A program made the translations under genes and the position numbers. The notes beneath the pieces were generated by a model. The model had not been told where the DNA came from. It did not search any database and saw only the letters and a program-made list of their open reading frames with translations. Of a DNA stretch of 64,000 bases, positions 28,938 through 38,268 are shown in pieces. Position 1 is the first letter of the stretch. Every line of letters starts with the position of its first letter. The stretch comes from Clostridia bacterium (GTDB lineage Bacteria; Bacillota; Clostridia; Oscillospirales; CAG-272): NCBI GenBank assembly GCA_017461745.1, contig JAFTXE010000059.1:7304-71303 (forward strand), written 5' to 3'.

Positions 28938-29662
28938 ATTATCTCCTCCTTCACGAACACGGGTCCGTCCTTACATACTCTCTTATTTCCAAGCATGGTC
29001 TTACAGCTACAGCCCATACAAGCGCCAAAGCCACAGCCCATTCTTTCCTCAAGGCTATACTGACCGCTGACCTCGGTTGCCGCCGCAAGCGCTTTGAGCA
29101 TTGGGAAAGGTCCGCAGGTATAGACGTACGTATAGCTTACGCTTGAGAGCGCGTTGGTAACGAAGCCCTTTATTCCGTAAGAACCGTCAACAGTGGTAAC
29201 TATGACCTTATCGGCAATCTCCGAAAATTCCTTTTCGCAGAAAATCTCAGATGCCGTATTGAAGCCGAGAATGACGGTTACCTTCTTACCCTGAGCCTTC
29301 AACAGCTTACAGAGCTTATAAAGAGGGGGAACTCCGACTCCGCCGCCCACGAGGAGAGGCGCGTCTCCCGACAGAGACAGGTCGTAGCCGTTTCCAAGTC
29401 CGACGAGAATATTCAGCTTCTCGCCCGCCTTCATTTCGCTCATCTGCTCCGTTCCGCCTCCGACCACCTTATAGATTATGGTCAGCGTATTTTCATCATA
29501 ATCGCATATAGAAATAGGTCTGCGCAAATACTGTCCGTCAAGCTTTATATTGACGAACTGTCCCGCGCCGCCTATCTCAGACGTGTCGCCCGACATCACC
29601 ATTTTATAGACGCTATCGGTAAGCGCGACATTACTCTCTATCGTATAAAGTATCTCTTTCAT
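28931..29662 (-). CDS. pyrK: Dihydroorotate dehydrogenase electron transfer subunit
   Basis: LRRPISI, GGGVGVPPL, EERMGCGFGACMGC, VCKDGPVF. Start placed at MKEILY after gaggt. Confidence 0.95.
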   Translation of the reverse strand: MKEILYTIESNVALTDSVYKMVMSGDTSEIGGAGQFVNIKLDGQYLRRPISICDYDENTLTIIYKVVGGGTEQMSEMKAGEKLNILVGLGNGYDLSLSGDAPLLVGGGVGVPPLYKLCKLLKAQGKKVTVILGFNTASEIFCEKEFSEIADKVIVTTVDGSYGIKGFVTNALSSVSYTYVYTCGPFPMLKALAAATEVSGQYSLEERMGCGFGACMGCSCKTMLGNKRVCKDGPVFVKEEIIW

Positions 29663-29669
29663 GTTTACC

Positions 29670-30917
29670 TCATTCCTTGACGTATACCGCTCTGCCCTCA
29701 TAAACGGTCAGCAAGCACTCGCCCCATACCCTTTTATTTTCAAATGGCGTGCTTCTGCCCATTGACAGAAAGTCGTCAGTATTTATTTGATATTCGTTCT
29801 CAACACTGAACACGGTAAAGCCTGCGTCGGTATTGACGGAAAATCTTTCTCTGGGCTTTACGGACATAAGCTCAACCAGCTTTTCCATGCTTATAATTCC
29901 CGTTTTCACAAGCTCTGTATAAAGCACCGCAAATGACGTTTCAAGTCCAACGACGCCCATAAGACTCTTTTCAAGTCCACGGGATTTTTCCTCAGCTGAG
30001 TGAGGTGCGTGGTCCGTAGCTATAACGTCTATCGTTCCGTCCTTTATACCCTCGACAAGCGCCAAGCGGTCCTCCTCTGAGCGTATAGGGGGATTCATTT
30101 TAAATCTTCCCTCTTCCTTTATCTGAGTGTCGTTCATGACAAGATAGTGAGGACCCGTTTCACAGGTTATATCAACTCCCTCTGCCTTAGCGCGTCTTAT
30201 AAGCTCAACGCTCTCCTTGGTGGAGATATGGCAAACGTGGTAAGGGCAGCCCGTCTTTTTAACGAGCTCAATATCTCTCTTTATCGGTCCCCATTCGCTC
30301 TCTGAGCAAATTCCTTTATGACCGTGAGCGCGGGCATACTCGCCGTCGTGGATATATCCGCCGTGAAGCAGTGAATTATCTTCGCAGTGCGCTGAGATTA
30401 TGCTTCCCGCCGCCCGTACTTTTTTCATAGCCGCGAGCATCATTTCCTCGGACTGCACTCCTCTGCCGTCGTCGGAAAATCCGATAACGCTATCTGCTAT
30501 ATCCTCTATATCGGAAAGCTCCTCGCCCTTTTGACCCTTTGTTATCGTTCCGAAAGGAAGAACCGCTATCTTAGCCTTTTGCTTTATAGCGTCAAGCTGG
30601 GGCCGAAGATTTTCCTTGCTATCGGGGGTGGGAACGAGATTGGGCATAGTGCATACCGCCGTATATCCTCCGTGCGCCGCCGCTGCCGAGCCGCTTGCGG
30701 TATCCTCTTTATACAAATAACCCGGCTCACGAAAATGCACATGCACATCACAAAAGCCGGGCAAAATATAACAATTATTGAAAATATGAAAATCAACAAT
30801 ATCGGTATCACAGATACCGTGGTCGAGGATATTGAAGCAAGTCCCGTCAAAAGTAGCGTCAACGGAAGTAAAAGCGCCGTTTTTATATATAAGCGCGTTC
30901 TTGAAATACATTTTCAT
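29670..30917 (-). CDS. pyrC: Dihydroorotase
   Basis: DVHVHFREPG, MPNLVP, GFSDDG, HCED, PHYL, ATDHAPH. Confidence 0.95.
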   Translation of the reverse strand: MKMYFKNALIYKNGAFTSVDATFDGTCFNILDHGICDTDIVDFHIFNNCYILPGFCDVHVHFREPGYLYKEDTASGSAAAAHGGYTAVCTMPNLVPTPDSKENLRPQLDAIKQKAKIAVLPFGTITKGQKGEELSDIEDIADSVIGFSDDGRGVQSEEMMLAAMKKVRAAGSIISAHCEDNSLLHGGYIHDGEYARAHGHKGICSESEWGPIKRDIELVKKTGCPYHVCHISTKESVELIRRAKAEGVDITCETGPHYLVMNDTQIKEEGRFKMNPPIRSEEDRLALVEGIKDGTIDVIATDHAPHSAEEKSRGLEKSLMGVVGLETSFAVLYTELVKTGIISMEKLVELMSVKPRERFSVNTDAGFTVFSVENEYQINTDDFLSMGRSTPFENKRVWGECLLTVYEGRAVYVKE

Positions 30918-30953
30918 AGCTTACCTCCAAATGAACATCTCTTTATCTATAAT

Positions 30954-30982
30954 ATTATATCATATTTTGTCGATGCCGTCAA
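30954..30982 (-). promoter_or_regulatory. pyr operon sigma-A promoter
   Basis: Minus strand TTGACG-17-TATAAT with TGa extension, about 35 nt upstream of pyrC. Confidence 0.75.
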
Positions 30983-31485
30983 GAGCGTTTTCCGAATATC
31001 CCCTTAAAAATTCTTACAATTTTATTTTTGGCTCTTCGGAAGAAAAAGACGAAATGGCGAAGGGGCATTTTTGACCATAAGAAAACGTACGCCGAATAAG
31101 CTCCGCCGTCCATTTTCACCTGCTTTTCCTTTCGGTAAAGTCCCGAAACGTAAGCTATTATCTGGTCCTTTCTGATTCCCTTTTCAAGCGCCGTCTGATT
31201 ATCTCCGCACATGGTATACGTACCGTCGTCGCAGATATCCATTACTCTATGAAGCACAAACTGTCCGTTATCCCGTCTGTAAAACGCAATATCGTGTTTC
31301 TTTGCGGCGTCATTTTCGTTTCGCTTCAGCACTACAGAATCTCTCGTCTGCACGATAAGCGGCAGCATGCTCGTTCCCTTGGGATACATGCGGAACTCGC
31401 CACCGCTTGCCAATACCTCTTCGATTACCTCAATTGCATCGGCAAGATAAAATTCTCCGTTATTCAAGTATATTCGCTCCCTCAA
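30979..31485 (-). CDS. S24/S26 family peptidase
   Basis: GTSMLP (catalytic Ser), VLHRV, MCGDN. Confidence 0.82.
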   Translation of the reverse strand: MRERIYLNNGEFYLADAIEVIEEVLASGGEFRMYPKGTSMLPLIVQTRDSVVLKRNENDAAKKHDIAFYRRDNGQFVLHRVMDICDDGTYTMCGDNQTALEKGIRKDQIIAYVSGLYRKEKQVKMDGGAYSAYVFLWSKMPLRHFVFFFRRAKNKIVRIFKGIFGKRS

Positions 31486-31723
31486 GCTGAGCTACAAAAG
31501 CGTCGACATCGCGCTCCGCCGTCTCTTTATCAACGTCATATTCCGCAAGAAGCGCATCGACTATTTCTGTCTTTTCCGCGCCCTCGGAAAGCATATCCCA
31601 TATAAATTTTGCGCTGTCGTTGAGCTTGATAATTCCATTAAAAATTTTGCTTGCCGCACCGAGTGCCACGACAACGTACTGTCCTGCGATTTCCTTCGCT
31701 ACAAATCCCTTTTTGATTTTCAT
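31460..31723 (-). CDS. PqqD family protein (RiPP recognition element)
   Basis: 87 aa. GIIKLNDSAKFIWDML, LLAEYDVDKETAERDVDAFVAQL. Confidence 0.88.
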   Translation of the reverse strand: MKIKKGFVAKEIAGQYVVVALGAASKIFNGIIKLNDSAKFIWDMLSEGAEKTEIVDALLAEYDVDKETAERDVDAFVAQLEGANILE

Positions 31724-31742
31724 ATCTATATACCTCTTTTAA

Positions 31743-32447
31743 TTATTTCATTCCGTTATAGGACACCTCTGCCGCCTCCTCGGACATATTACAGCCGAGA
31801 ATATAGCACGGTATCTCGCGCAGGGTTTTATCAAGAAGAGGAAACAGAGAGTCTACCGTTTCCAGATCCTGAGGTGTAAGTATCTGATGGAACATAAGCA
31901 TTACCGCCTCGTCAGCGCCAATTCTTCTTATTCTGTTCTCTGCCGACCTCTCAAGGAAGCAAAGCGCCTTTAGGGGAACTCTGGTATTGGTTTGCCAGCC
32001 TTCCTTTCCACACCACGGTGTGCCGTAGGCATAGAGCTTGCCGTTCTCAAAACGCAATATCGGTTTATCTCCGTTTACCACGTGAACGCCCTCGCCAAAT
32101 CTCCGTCTCCAGAGCTTTATATGGGTGGACTTTCCCGTTCCGCTCTTAGCGGCAAAGGCAAATCCGTCCCCACCGTATTCGATAACGGCGCTATGGAAAA
32201 GATACGCGCCAAATTCAACGGGTAATCTTTTACATATTTCTCTGTAGGCGCAAACGCCCTCGGCGTATCCCGCAGTTACCTCGGTTTCTGCGATGCTCAT
32301 TTCTTGAGCGATCTGTTCGTCTGAAACGCTGACCGTCATATCGACGTTTTCAGGCTTTTCTATAGTATATTCCCTACACAGTTTTTCAAGATAATCGTAT
32401 TTATTTTCAATACAGATATTCAATTCGGCGATACGGATATACAACAT
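31743..32447 (-). CDS. HPr-kinase-like P-loop protein
   Basis: LFHSAVI, AKSGTGKSTH (Walker A), VNGDKPIL, YGTPWCG. Confidence 0.75.
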   Translation of the reverse strand: MLYIRIAELNICIENKYDYLEKLCREYTIEKPENVDMTVSVSDEQIAQEMSIAETEVTAGYAEGVCAYREICKRLPVEFGAYLFHSAVIEYGGDGFAFAAKSGTGKSTHIKLWRRRFGEGVHVVNGDKPILRFENGKLYAYGTPWCGKEGWQTNTRVPLKALCFLERSAENRIRRIGADEAVMLMFHQILTPQDLETVDSLFPLLDKTLREIPCYILGCNMSEEAAEVSYNGMK

Positions 32448-32473
32448 ATTCCCTCCAAAGCTTTACTCATTAT

Positions 32474-32502
32474 ATTTTATCATATCCCGAAGATTTTGTC
32501 AA
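32474..32502 (-). promoter_or_regulatory. Sigma-A promoter of the kinase-PqqD-peptidase operon
   Basis: Minus strand TTGACA-17-TAAAAT with TGa extension. Confidence 0.75.
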
Positions 32503-32522
32503 TAAGTTGTGTTAAACAAACA

Positions 32523-32563
32523 AAAAAGACTGTTACAAACACAAAATAAGAAACAGTCTTTTT
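32523..32563. terminator. Intrinsic terminator
   Basis: aaaaagactgtt pairs with aacagtcttttt, downstream of the 32572-33231 gene. Confidence 0.7.
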
Positions 32564-32571
32564 ATTGATAT

Positions 32572-33231
32572 TTACTGAAATTTTTCGATATTATCTCTTA
32601 CGTACATAAGCATCTTGGTCTGCAAGTAGTTACAGTTGCTTACGAGATAATCTCTTACGTACTTTATCTGGAAGGGTTTTACCATCTTCATTTTTCTGAG
32701 ATTGCCCGCTACCTCGGTCTCGCCGTTCATTTCAAGTCCGCGGCAAATAAAATCCACAGTCTCATATGAAGCTAACTCAAAGCATTTCCAACCCTTATCT
32801 ATATCCTTATCAGCAAGGTCGAAAAGGAGCTTGTACGCTACCAAGGGCTTAAATGCGTCGTCCATATCAAGCATAGGATTCTCAAGAATGCCGTCCGTCC
32901 AAAGCTTGCCTTCAGATGCGGCATAATTTGAGAAATAGCGTTCCATTCTCTTATTGACAACGGGCATGGTAAGCTTGTCCACGGTTACGTTTCTCTTGGA
33001 GCTTGCATCGTAAAGGAAGTAGTTTGGCTTCTCTCCGCTTCCCGAAAACCAAAGCAGATACGCAAGCTCACCCGCGAGGGCAAGACTGAGAACTGCCGCT
33101 ACTATCATAAGTACTTTAGTAAAGGTATGGTCACCGTCATATATTATTCCGAACACCAGCAAAACGATTGCAACTACGGCAAAGCAAGCGCAAGCTATCG
33201 TCAATATTAAATTAAGTTTTTTCCGATTCAT
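32572..33231 (-). CDS. Hypothetical membrane protein (two N-terminal TM helices)
   Basis: 219 aa ORF with an RBS, its own promoter and a terminator. No family recognised. Confidence 0.75.
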   Translation of the reverse strand: MNRKKLNLILTIACACFAVVAIVLLVFGIIYDGDHTFTKVLMIVAAVLSLALAGELAYLLWFSGSGEKPNYFLYDASSKRNVTVDKLTMPVVNKRMERYFSNYAASEGKLWTDGILENPMLDMDDAFKPLVAYKLLFDLADKDIDKGWKCFELASYETVDFICRGLEMNGETEVAGNLRKMKMVKPFQIKYVRDYLVSNCNYLQTKMLMYVRDNIEKFQ

Positions 33232-33265
33232 CTATAAGCACCTCATCTAAATCATTATCTCAATA

Positions 33266-33294
33266 ATTATATCATATTGTTTTACGGTTGTCAA
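33266..33294 (-). promoter_or_regulatory. Consensus sigma-A promoter
   Basis: Minus strand TTGACA-17-TATAAT with TGa extension. Confidence 0.8.
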
Positions 33295-33325
33295 GAGCTT
33301 ATAAAAAAGTAAAGAGGTAAAAAAA

Positions 33326-33362
33326 CAAAAAGAACCGACTTTTATAAAGTCAGCTCTTTTTG
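33326..33362 (-). terminator. rpmA terminator
   Basis: caaaaagaaccgacttt pairs imperfectly with aaagtcagctctttttg, followed by a U-run on the minus strand. Confidence 0.75.
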
Positions 33363-33374
33363 TATTAAAAGCTA

Positions 33375-33653
33375 TTAGTCAGCGTATACGCTAACCTGCT
33401 TTTTGTCCTTTGTCTTCTGCTCGAACTTAACCTTTCCGTCAATGAGAGCGAAAAGTGTGTCGTCCTTACCGATTCCGACGTTATTGCCGGGGTGAATTGC
33501 GGTACCTCTCTGTCTTACGATGATGTTACCTGCAACTACGGGCTGTCCGTCAGCCTTCTTTACGCCAAGGCGCTTGGATTCGCTGTCACGGCCGTTCTTT
33601 GTAGAACCAACGCCCTTTTTATGAGCAAAGAACTGCAAACTGATTCTTACCAT
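33375..33653 (-). CDS. rpmA: 50S ribosomal protein L27 with Prp-cleaved N-terminal extension
   Basis: MVRISLQFF then [28 protein letters not shown]. Confidence 0.98.
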   Translation of the reverse strand: MVRISLQFFAHKKGVGSTKNGRDSESKRLGVKKADGQPVVAGNIIVRQRGTAIHPGNNVGIGKDDTLFALIDGKVKFEQKTKDKKQVSVYAD

Positions 33654-33721
33654 TTTTCATTCCTCCGTATTTAATGTAATAATTGCACAATGTGACTTTT
33701 TGAAGCTACGGTCAGATATAA

Positions 33722-34081
33722 TCAAATATAATCTATATCCTTTACCTCTACGGACAAGTGGTCATAATACTCCTCGACAAGCTCATTAAGCTGATAGTAG
33801 TACGACATAAAAAGTCCCGACACCGCGTATCTCTTACGCTCGTCCTCCTCAAATTCAGTAAGTGCTGCCTTTGAGCGAACTCTTATGTTAGTAGCTCCCT
33901 CGTCTATGGTATATTCCACATCCGATGCGTACGCTACCTCGACCGTATTGATTATGAGCATAGTCATCGCCGATATTGCCGCGCAGAGAACGTCCTCTCC
34001 CGCATCCGCATATCCCGAATGTCCGTGCTCCTCAAATCCGTAAAAGCTGCCTCCGCTTCTGAAAAAAACGATTTTTGTCAT
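33722..34081 (-). CDS. prp: Ribosomal-processing cysteine protease Prp
   Basis: GHSGYADAGEDVLCAAIS (His/Cys dyad). Located between rplU and rpmA. Confidence 0.92.
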   Translation of the reverse strand: MTKIVFFRSGGSFYGFEEHGHSGYADAGEDVLCAAISAMTMLIINTVEVAYASDVEYTIDEGATNIRVRSKAALTEFEEDERKRYAVSGLFMSYYYQLNELVEEYYDHLSVEVKDIDYI

Positions 34082-34106
34082 CTTTCAGTACGACTTTGAA
34101 GAAAAA

Positions 34107-34418
34107 TCAACCGTTGATGGACACGATCTGAAGCTTGGTGTAAGGCTGTCTGTGGCCAATCTTCTTCTTTTCGTTCTTCTTGGACTTGTACTTGATTACA
34201 TGGATCTTCTTGCCTTTTCCGTTGGAAATGACGTTTGCCGTAACAGTAGCACCTTCTACTGTGGGAGCGCCAACCTTAAAATCGTCTCCCATGGATATTG
34301 CCTTGACACTGTCGAATGTAACCGTGTCGCCTGCGTTAACAGCGAGCTTCTCAACGAAAATGATATCGCCCTCGTTAACCTTGTACTGCTTTCCGCCTGT
34401 TTCAATAATTGCGTACAC
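34107..34418 (-). CDS. rplU: 50S ribosomal protein L21
   Basis: GTG start at 34418 after gagaggtg. [14 protein letters not shown]...GHRQPYTKL, 103 aa. Confidence 0.98.
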   Translation of the reverse strand: MYAIIETGGKQYKVNEGDIIFVEKLAVNAGDTVTFDSVKAISMGDDFKVGAPTVEGATVTANVISNGKGKKIHVIKYKSKKNEKKKIGHRQPYTKLQIVSING

Positions 34419-34518
34419 GAAAAGCACCTCTCTTTCTTTATAGACTCGCTAATGAAGGCGTTGTCATCACTTTCGCCACGACACACTTAAAAAGCCCCCA
34501 ATTTATGCGGCATTGTAT

Positions 34519-34548
34519 ATTATACCACAACCGCATTCCGTTTGTCAA
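34519..34548 (-). promoter_or_regulatory. rplU promoter
   Basis: Minus strand TTGACA-18-TATAAT with TGg extension. Confidence 0.75.
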
Positions 34549-34593
34549 CACTTTTTTTGAAGTTTTTCTTCTTTTTTCTGCTTTTTGATTAAC

Positions 34594-37059
34594 TTACAAT
34601 TTTTTCAACCTTGCGAAGCTTCCCATAAGCTTTTTCGTTCCCGCGTTATCGAAAATCACCTCGTAAAGTATATCCGCGCCCATTGGCTTGACGCTGAATA
34701 TCTCGCCCTTTCCAAACACTCTGTGCGACACTCTGTCGCCTACCTTCAGGGCAACCAAGGGCTTCGGCGGCGTTTGTCTTTGCGGAATTGCGGTGTGTCT
34801 TGCGATGGCGCTATCCTCGGACGCCGACTGCTCGGAGAAATAAGTTTTCACACGCGGTCTTTGCGGCATATAGGCGTAGGTATCGTATTCCTGAGTTTCG
34901 TTGCTTATAAGCTCGTCGGGTATCTCACGGATAAATCTCGACAGCGGATTGTAGGACGTCTGATTATACAGCATTCTGTTTTTTGTATGCGTTATATATA
35001 TCATGTCTTTAGCTCTCGTTATAGCAACGTAAGCTAAGCGTCTTTCCTCTTCCATATCCTCGGCGTTTATGGAATTTATGTTCTGAGTCCCAGGGAAAAC
35101 TCCGTCCTCCATAGCGGGCAGAAATACGACGGGAAATTCAAGTCCCTTGGCGGAATGGACGGTCATGAGCACAACGGCGTCAGCCGCCTCGTCGTACTTA
35201 TCCACCTCCGCGACAAGCGCGCATCTTTCAAGAAATACGCTGAGCGCGGCAAATGGGGTATCCCTTCTCACCGAGCCGAAGGACTCCTCGTCCGTACCCG
35301 AGACGCTGAGCATTACTTCATACTCTCTCTCAAAATCTATAACTCCCGAAATAAATTCCTGAAGGTTATCAAGTCGCTCCTTTTCCTCCTCGCCCGCATC
35401 AATAAGGGCTTGCCTATAGCCCGACGAATCAAGCACTTTGTTGACAAAATCCTCAAGGCTTATTTTTCCGTAAAGACTTGAGGTCAGACTATCTATAAGA
35501 GCCGCGAACTCCTTTAGCTTGATTGCGGAGCGGGAAAGCGCTGTATATTTATCCGCATGGCGCATGACGTCCATAGGGGATACGCCCTGCTCCGTTGCTA
35601 TTGCGAACAATCCCTCTACGGTTCTCGCTCCAATGGCTCTTTTGGGAACGTTGATTATTCTTTTAAGTCTTTCTCTGTCCGACGGATTAACTATGACGTG
35701 GAGATACGCGAGAATATCCTTTATCTCCATTCGCTCGTAGAAGCTCTGTCCCGACAGAGTTACGTGCGGAATTCCGTTTGCCGCCATGGTTGACTCTATT
35801 GAGTTTGAAATAGCGTTAAGTCTATAAAGCACCGCCATATCGCGATATTTATATTTTCCGCTTCTGACAAGGTCATTTATTTTCTCGCAGATGTATATTG
35901 CCTCGCTCTTTTGCGTGTCACTCCTATGTAAGCAAAGTCTGCTACCCTGACGTCTCTCCGTGAACAGCTTCTTACCCATTCTCGTAGAGTTCTGCGCAAT
36001 GACCGCATTTGCGGCGTCAAGGATCTGTGAGGTAGAGCGGTAATTACGTTCAAGCCTTACTACCTCCGTCCCCTTCATTTTTCCGAAGTTGATTATATTT
36101 TCAACAACTGCTCCGCGGAATTTATAAATACTCTGGTCGTCGTCACCGACTACCATTATATTGCCGTGCTTTGAGCCAAGCAATTGGGTAAGCTTCAGCT
36201 GAGCCTCGTTGGTATCCTGAAATTCGTCAACGAGAACGTATCTGAATTTATTGGAGTAATATTCTCTTGCCTCGGCGCAGTTTTCAAGGATATTGACCGC
36301 CTGCATGATAATATCGTCGAAGTCAAGCGCCATACACTCCTTGAGTCTCTGCTGATATCTCTCGTAAACTCCCGCTATCTTCTCACGACGGTAATCTCCC
36401 CTTACCTCTCTTGCGTAAACATCGGGCGTCATAAGTGAGTTCTTTGCGCGGCTTATTTCGTTTTTTATGCTTTTCAGCTGTAAGGACTTCTCGTCTATGC
36501 GCATATCCTTCATAACGTCCTTAATAACCGACTTGGTATTATCGGTATCGTATATGGAGAAATCCGACCTATAGCCTATAAACTCGGAGTATTTACGAAT
36601 AATGCGCACGCAAACCGAGTGAAACGTTCCCGCCCAGATATCGTCAACCGAAACACGCTCTCCAAGCGTCGTAGCAAGGCGCGTTCTTATCTCCTCTGCC
36701 GCCTTCTTGGTAAAGGTTATAGCAAGCACGTTCCAAGGTGGACACGGACTTACTATAAACTCATCAAGCACTGCTCCAAGCTGTTCACGAGGCAACGTCA
36801 GTGCGCGTTTATAATTCTCAATTCTGCTCTCGGTCACGTCCTCGGGAACGTAATCGCTGAAATATGCGTTTCCGTATTTTATTATAAATCCCACGCGATT
36901 TACAAGCACCGTGGTCTTTCCGCTTCCCGCACCCGCAAGCACTAAAAGCTGTCCTTGTGTCTTGAACACCGCTCTTTGCTGCTCATGGTTTAAATGGCTA
37001 TAGTACGCTTCAAAAAGCTGTCGCTTTACTTTTATGTATTCTTCTGCAATAGAACTCAT
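34594..37059 (-). CDS. pcrA: ATP-dependent DNA helicase PcrA/UvrD
   Basis: AGAGSGKTTVL, AITFT, VDEFQDTN, VGDDDQSIYKFRGA, NYRST, TVHSAKGLEF, EERRLAYVAITRA. Confidence 0.97.
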   Translation of the reverse strand: MSSIAEEYIKVKRQLFEAYYSHLNHEQQRAVFKTQGQLLVLAGAGSGKTTVLVNRVGFIIKYGNAYFSDYVPEDVTESRIENYKRALTLPREQLGAVLDEFIVSPCPPWNVLAITFTKKAAEEIRTRLATTLGERVSVDDIWAGTFHSVCVRIIRKYSEFIGYRSDFSIYDTDNTKSVIKDVMKDMRIDEKSLQLKSIKNEISRAKNSLMTPDVYAREVRGDYRREKIAGVYERYQQRLKECMALDFDDIIMQAVNILENCAEAREYYSNKFRYVLVDEFQDTNEAQLKLTQLLGSKHGNIMVVGDDDQSIYKFRGAVVENIINFGKMKGTEVVRLERNYRSTSQILDAANAVIAQNSTRMGKKLFTERRQGSRLCLHRSDTQKSEAIYICEKINDLVRSGKYKYRDMAVLYRLNAISNSIESTMAANGIPHVTLSGQSFYERMEIKDILAYLHVIVNPSDRERLKRIINVPKRAIGARTVEGLFAIATEQGVSPMDVMRHADKYTALSRSAIKLKEFAALIDSLTSSLYGKISLEDFVNKVLDSSGYRQALIDAGEEEKERLDNLQEFISGVIDFEREYEVMLSVSGTDEESFGSVRRDTPFAALSVFLERCALVAEVDKYDEAADAVVLMTVHSAKGLEFPVVFLPAMEDGVFPGTQNINSINAEDMEEERRLAYVAITRAKDMIYITHTKNRMLYNQTSYNPLSRFIREIPDELISNETQEYDTYAYMPQRPRVKTYFSEQSASEDSAIARHTAIPQRQTPPKPLVALKVGDRVSHRVFGKGEIFSVKPMGADILYEVIFDNAGTKKLMGSFARLKKL

Positions 37060-37838
37060 TTATCTTCCTCTTTTTCTTCACCTTCCGCATCCTGCTTATT
37101 TAACAGTCTCATGATGCGTTCCGTCTGCTCCGCCCTCGCTCTTGCCGCCATTCTTTCGTATGCGTCCTCAGGCTCTGCCTCGGTTGATTCCGACTCTACT
37201 CCGACGGATAGAGTATTTTTTTCGGGTCTCCGCTTAGTATAAATATTCATTTCGGCTACTATCTCAAAATTTTTGCTCACGGCAATTACTATTACGACTG
37301 CCGCATAGACAGCGAGCGCAACGTAAAGCATATCAAACGGTGACGCATCTAACTCAACGTGATAGTTAAGCATATTGTCGTACAGATACGGCATTATAAC
37401 AGGGAGCGCAAATATTGGAAGCATCAGCGCGTGATATACGCAAAGAACTGCTCTGTTGAGAGTGAGCGTTATAAACATTATTCTCTTTTTGCTTTCGCGG
37501 CATCCGTTCTTAAAATATGAAAACGCGCTTATAGCCGCGTATATAGCAGAAGCAAGACCAACGATAAAAAGAGCTATGAAGGTAACTATGATAGCTATAA
37601 GGGTCTTTGCAAAACTTGAGGTGACCTCGTTCTTCTGAGAATTGCCAAAAAGATATTCTCTTGCAGTATCCCACGAGTTACCGATAAGCTCGCCGAGAGA
37701 TATTGCTCCGTTTATTCCCGTGTCAGCCGTTATGTAGCGATAGCACGGCACAAGCATTAGAAGCAGAAGTACAAGCGCCGCCGCTATCGGAAAAATATAT
37801 CTGAAATATATAAATCCCTTTCGGGTACTTTTTTTCAT
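37056..37838 (-). CDS. Hypothetical multi-pass membrane protein
   Basis: 260 aa with four hydrophobic segments and an acidic tail. Overlaps the pcrA start by 4 nt. Confidence 0.7.
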   Translation of the reverse strand: MKKSTRKGFIYFRYIFPIAAALVLLLLMLVPCYRYITADTGINGAISLGELIGNSWDTAREYLFGNSQKNEVTSSFAKTLIAIIVTFIALFIVGLASAIYAAISAFSYFKNGCRESKKRIMFITLTLNRAVLCVYHALMLPIFALPVIMPYLYDNMLNYHVELDASPFDMLYVALAVYAAVVIVIAVSKNFEIVAEMNIYTKRRPEKNTLSVGVESESTEAEPEDAYERMAARARAEQTERIMRLLNKQDAEGEEKEEDK

Positions 37839-37862
37839 ATTTTTTATTGATACCTTTCGCTT

Positions 37863-38249
37863 TTATTTTATTGAAAAGCTATACGGAAGCAATTCTTCCA
37901 TGGAAAGCTCTTTTCCGTCAGAGAAAACTACTTTGAAGTCCTTATCTACAAATTCCGACATTACCTGTCTGCAAACGCCGCAAGGATAGCAACGCGCTCT
38001 TTCAGTATCGGCGTCACCGCCAACTACGGCTATTTTTGAAAAGTCCCTTTTTCCATCGCTTACCGCCGAAAAGAAAGCTACTCTTTCCGCACAGCACGTC
38101 GGGGTATACGATGCGTTTTCTATATTACAGCCCGTATATACACTTCCATCCGAGCAAAGCAGAGCCGCTCCGACGGTAAACTCAGAGTACGGAGCATACG
38201 CTCGCTCTCTCGCTTTATTGGCTAAATTTATAAGCTCGGTTACTGTCAT
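37863..38249 (-). CDS. cdd: Cytidine deaminase
   Basis: AYAPYSEFTVGAAL, GCNIENASY, CAERVA, PCGVCRQ. Start placed at MTVTEL after gggag. Confidence 0.95.
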   Translation of the reverse strand: MTVTELINLANKARERAYAPYSEFTVGAALLCSDGSVYTGCNIENASYTPTCCAERVAFFSAVSDGKRDFSKIAVVGGDADTERARCYPCGVCRQVMSEFVDKDFKVVFSDGKELSMEELLPYSFSIK

Positions 38250-38268
38250 ATTGATCTCCCGAAAAAAA

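Noticed and set aside
33375-34418. N-terminal extension on L27 and the gene between rplU and rpmA.
   Set aside because: This is the well-described Firmicute Prp/L27 processing system.
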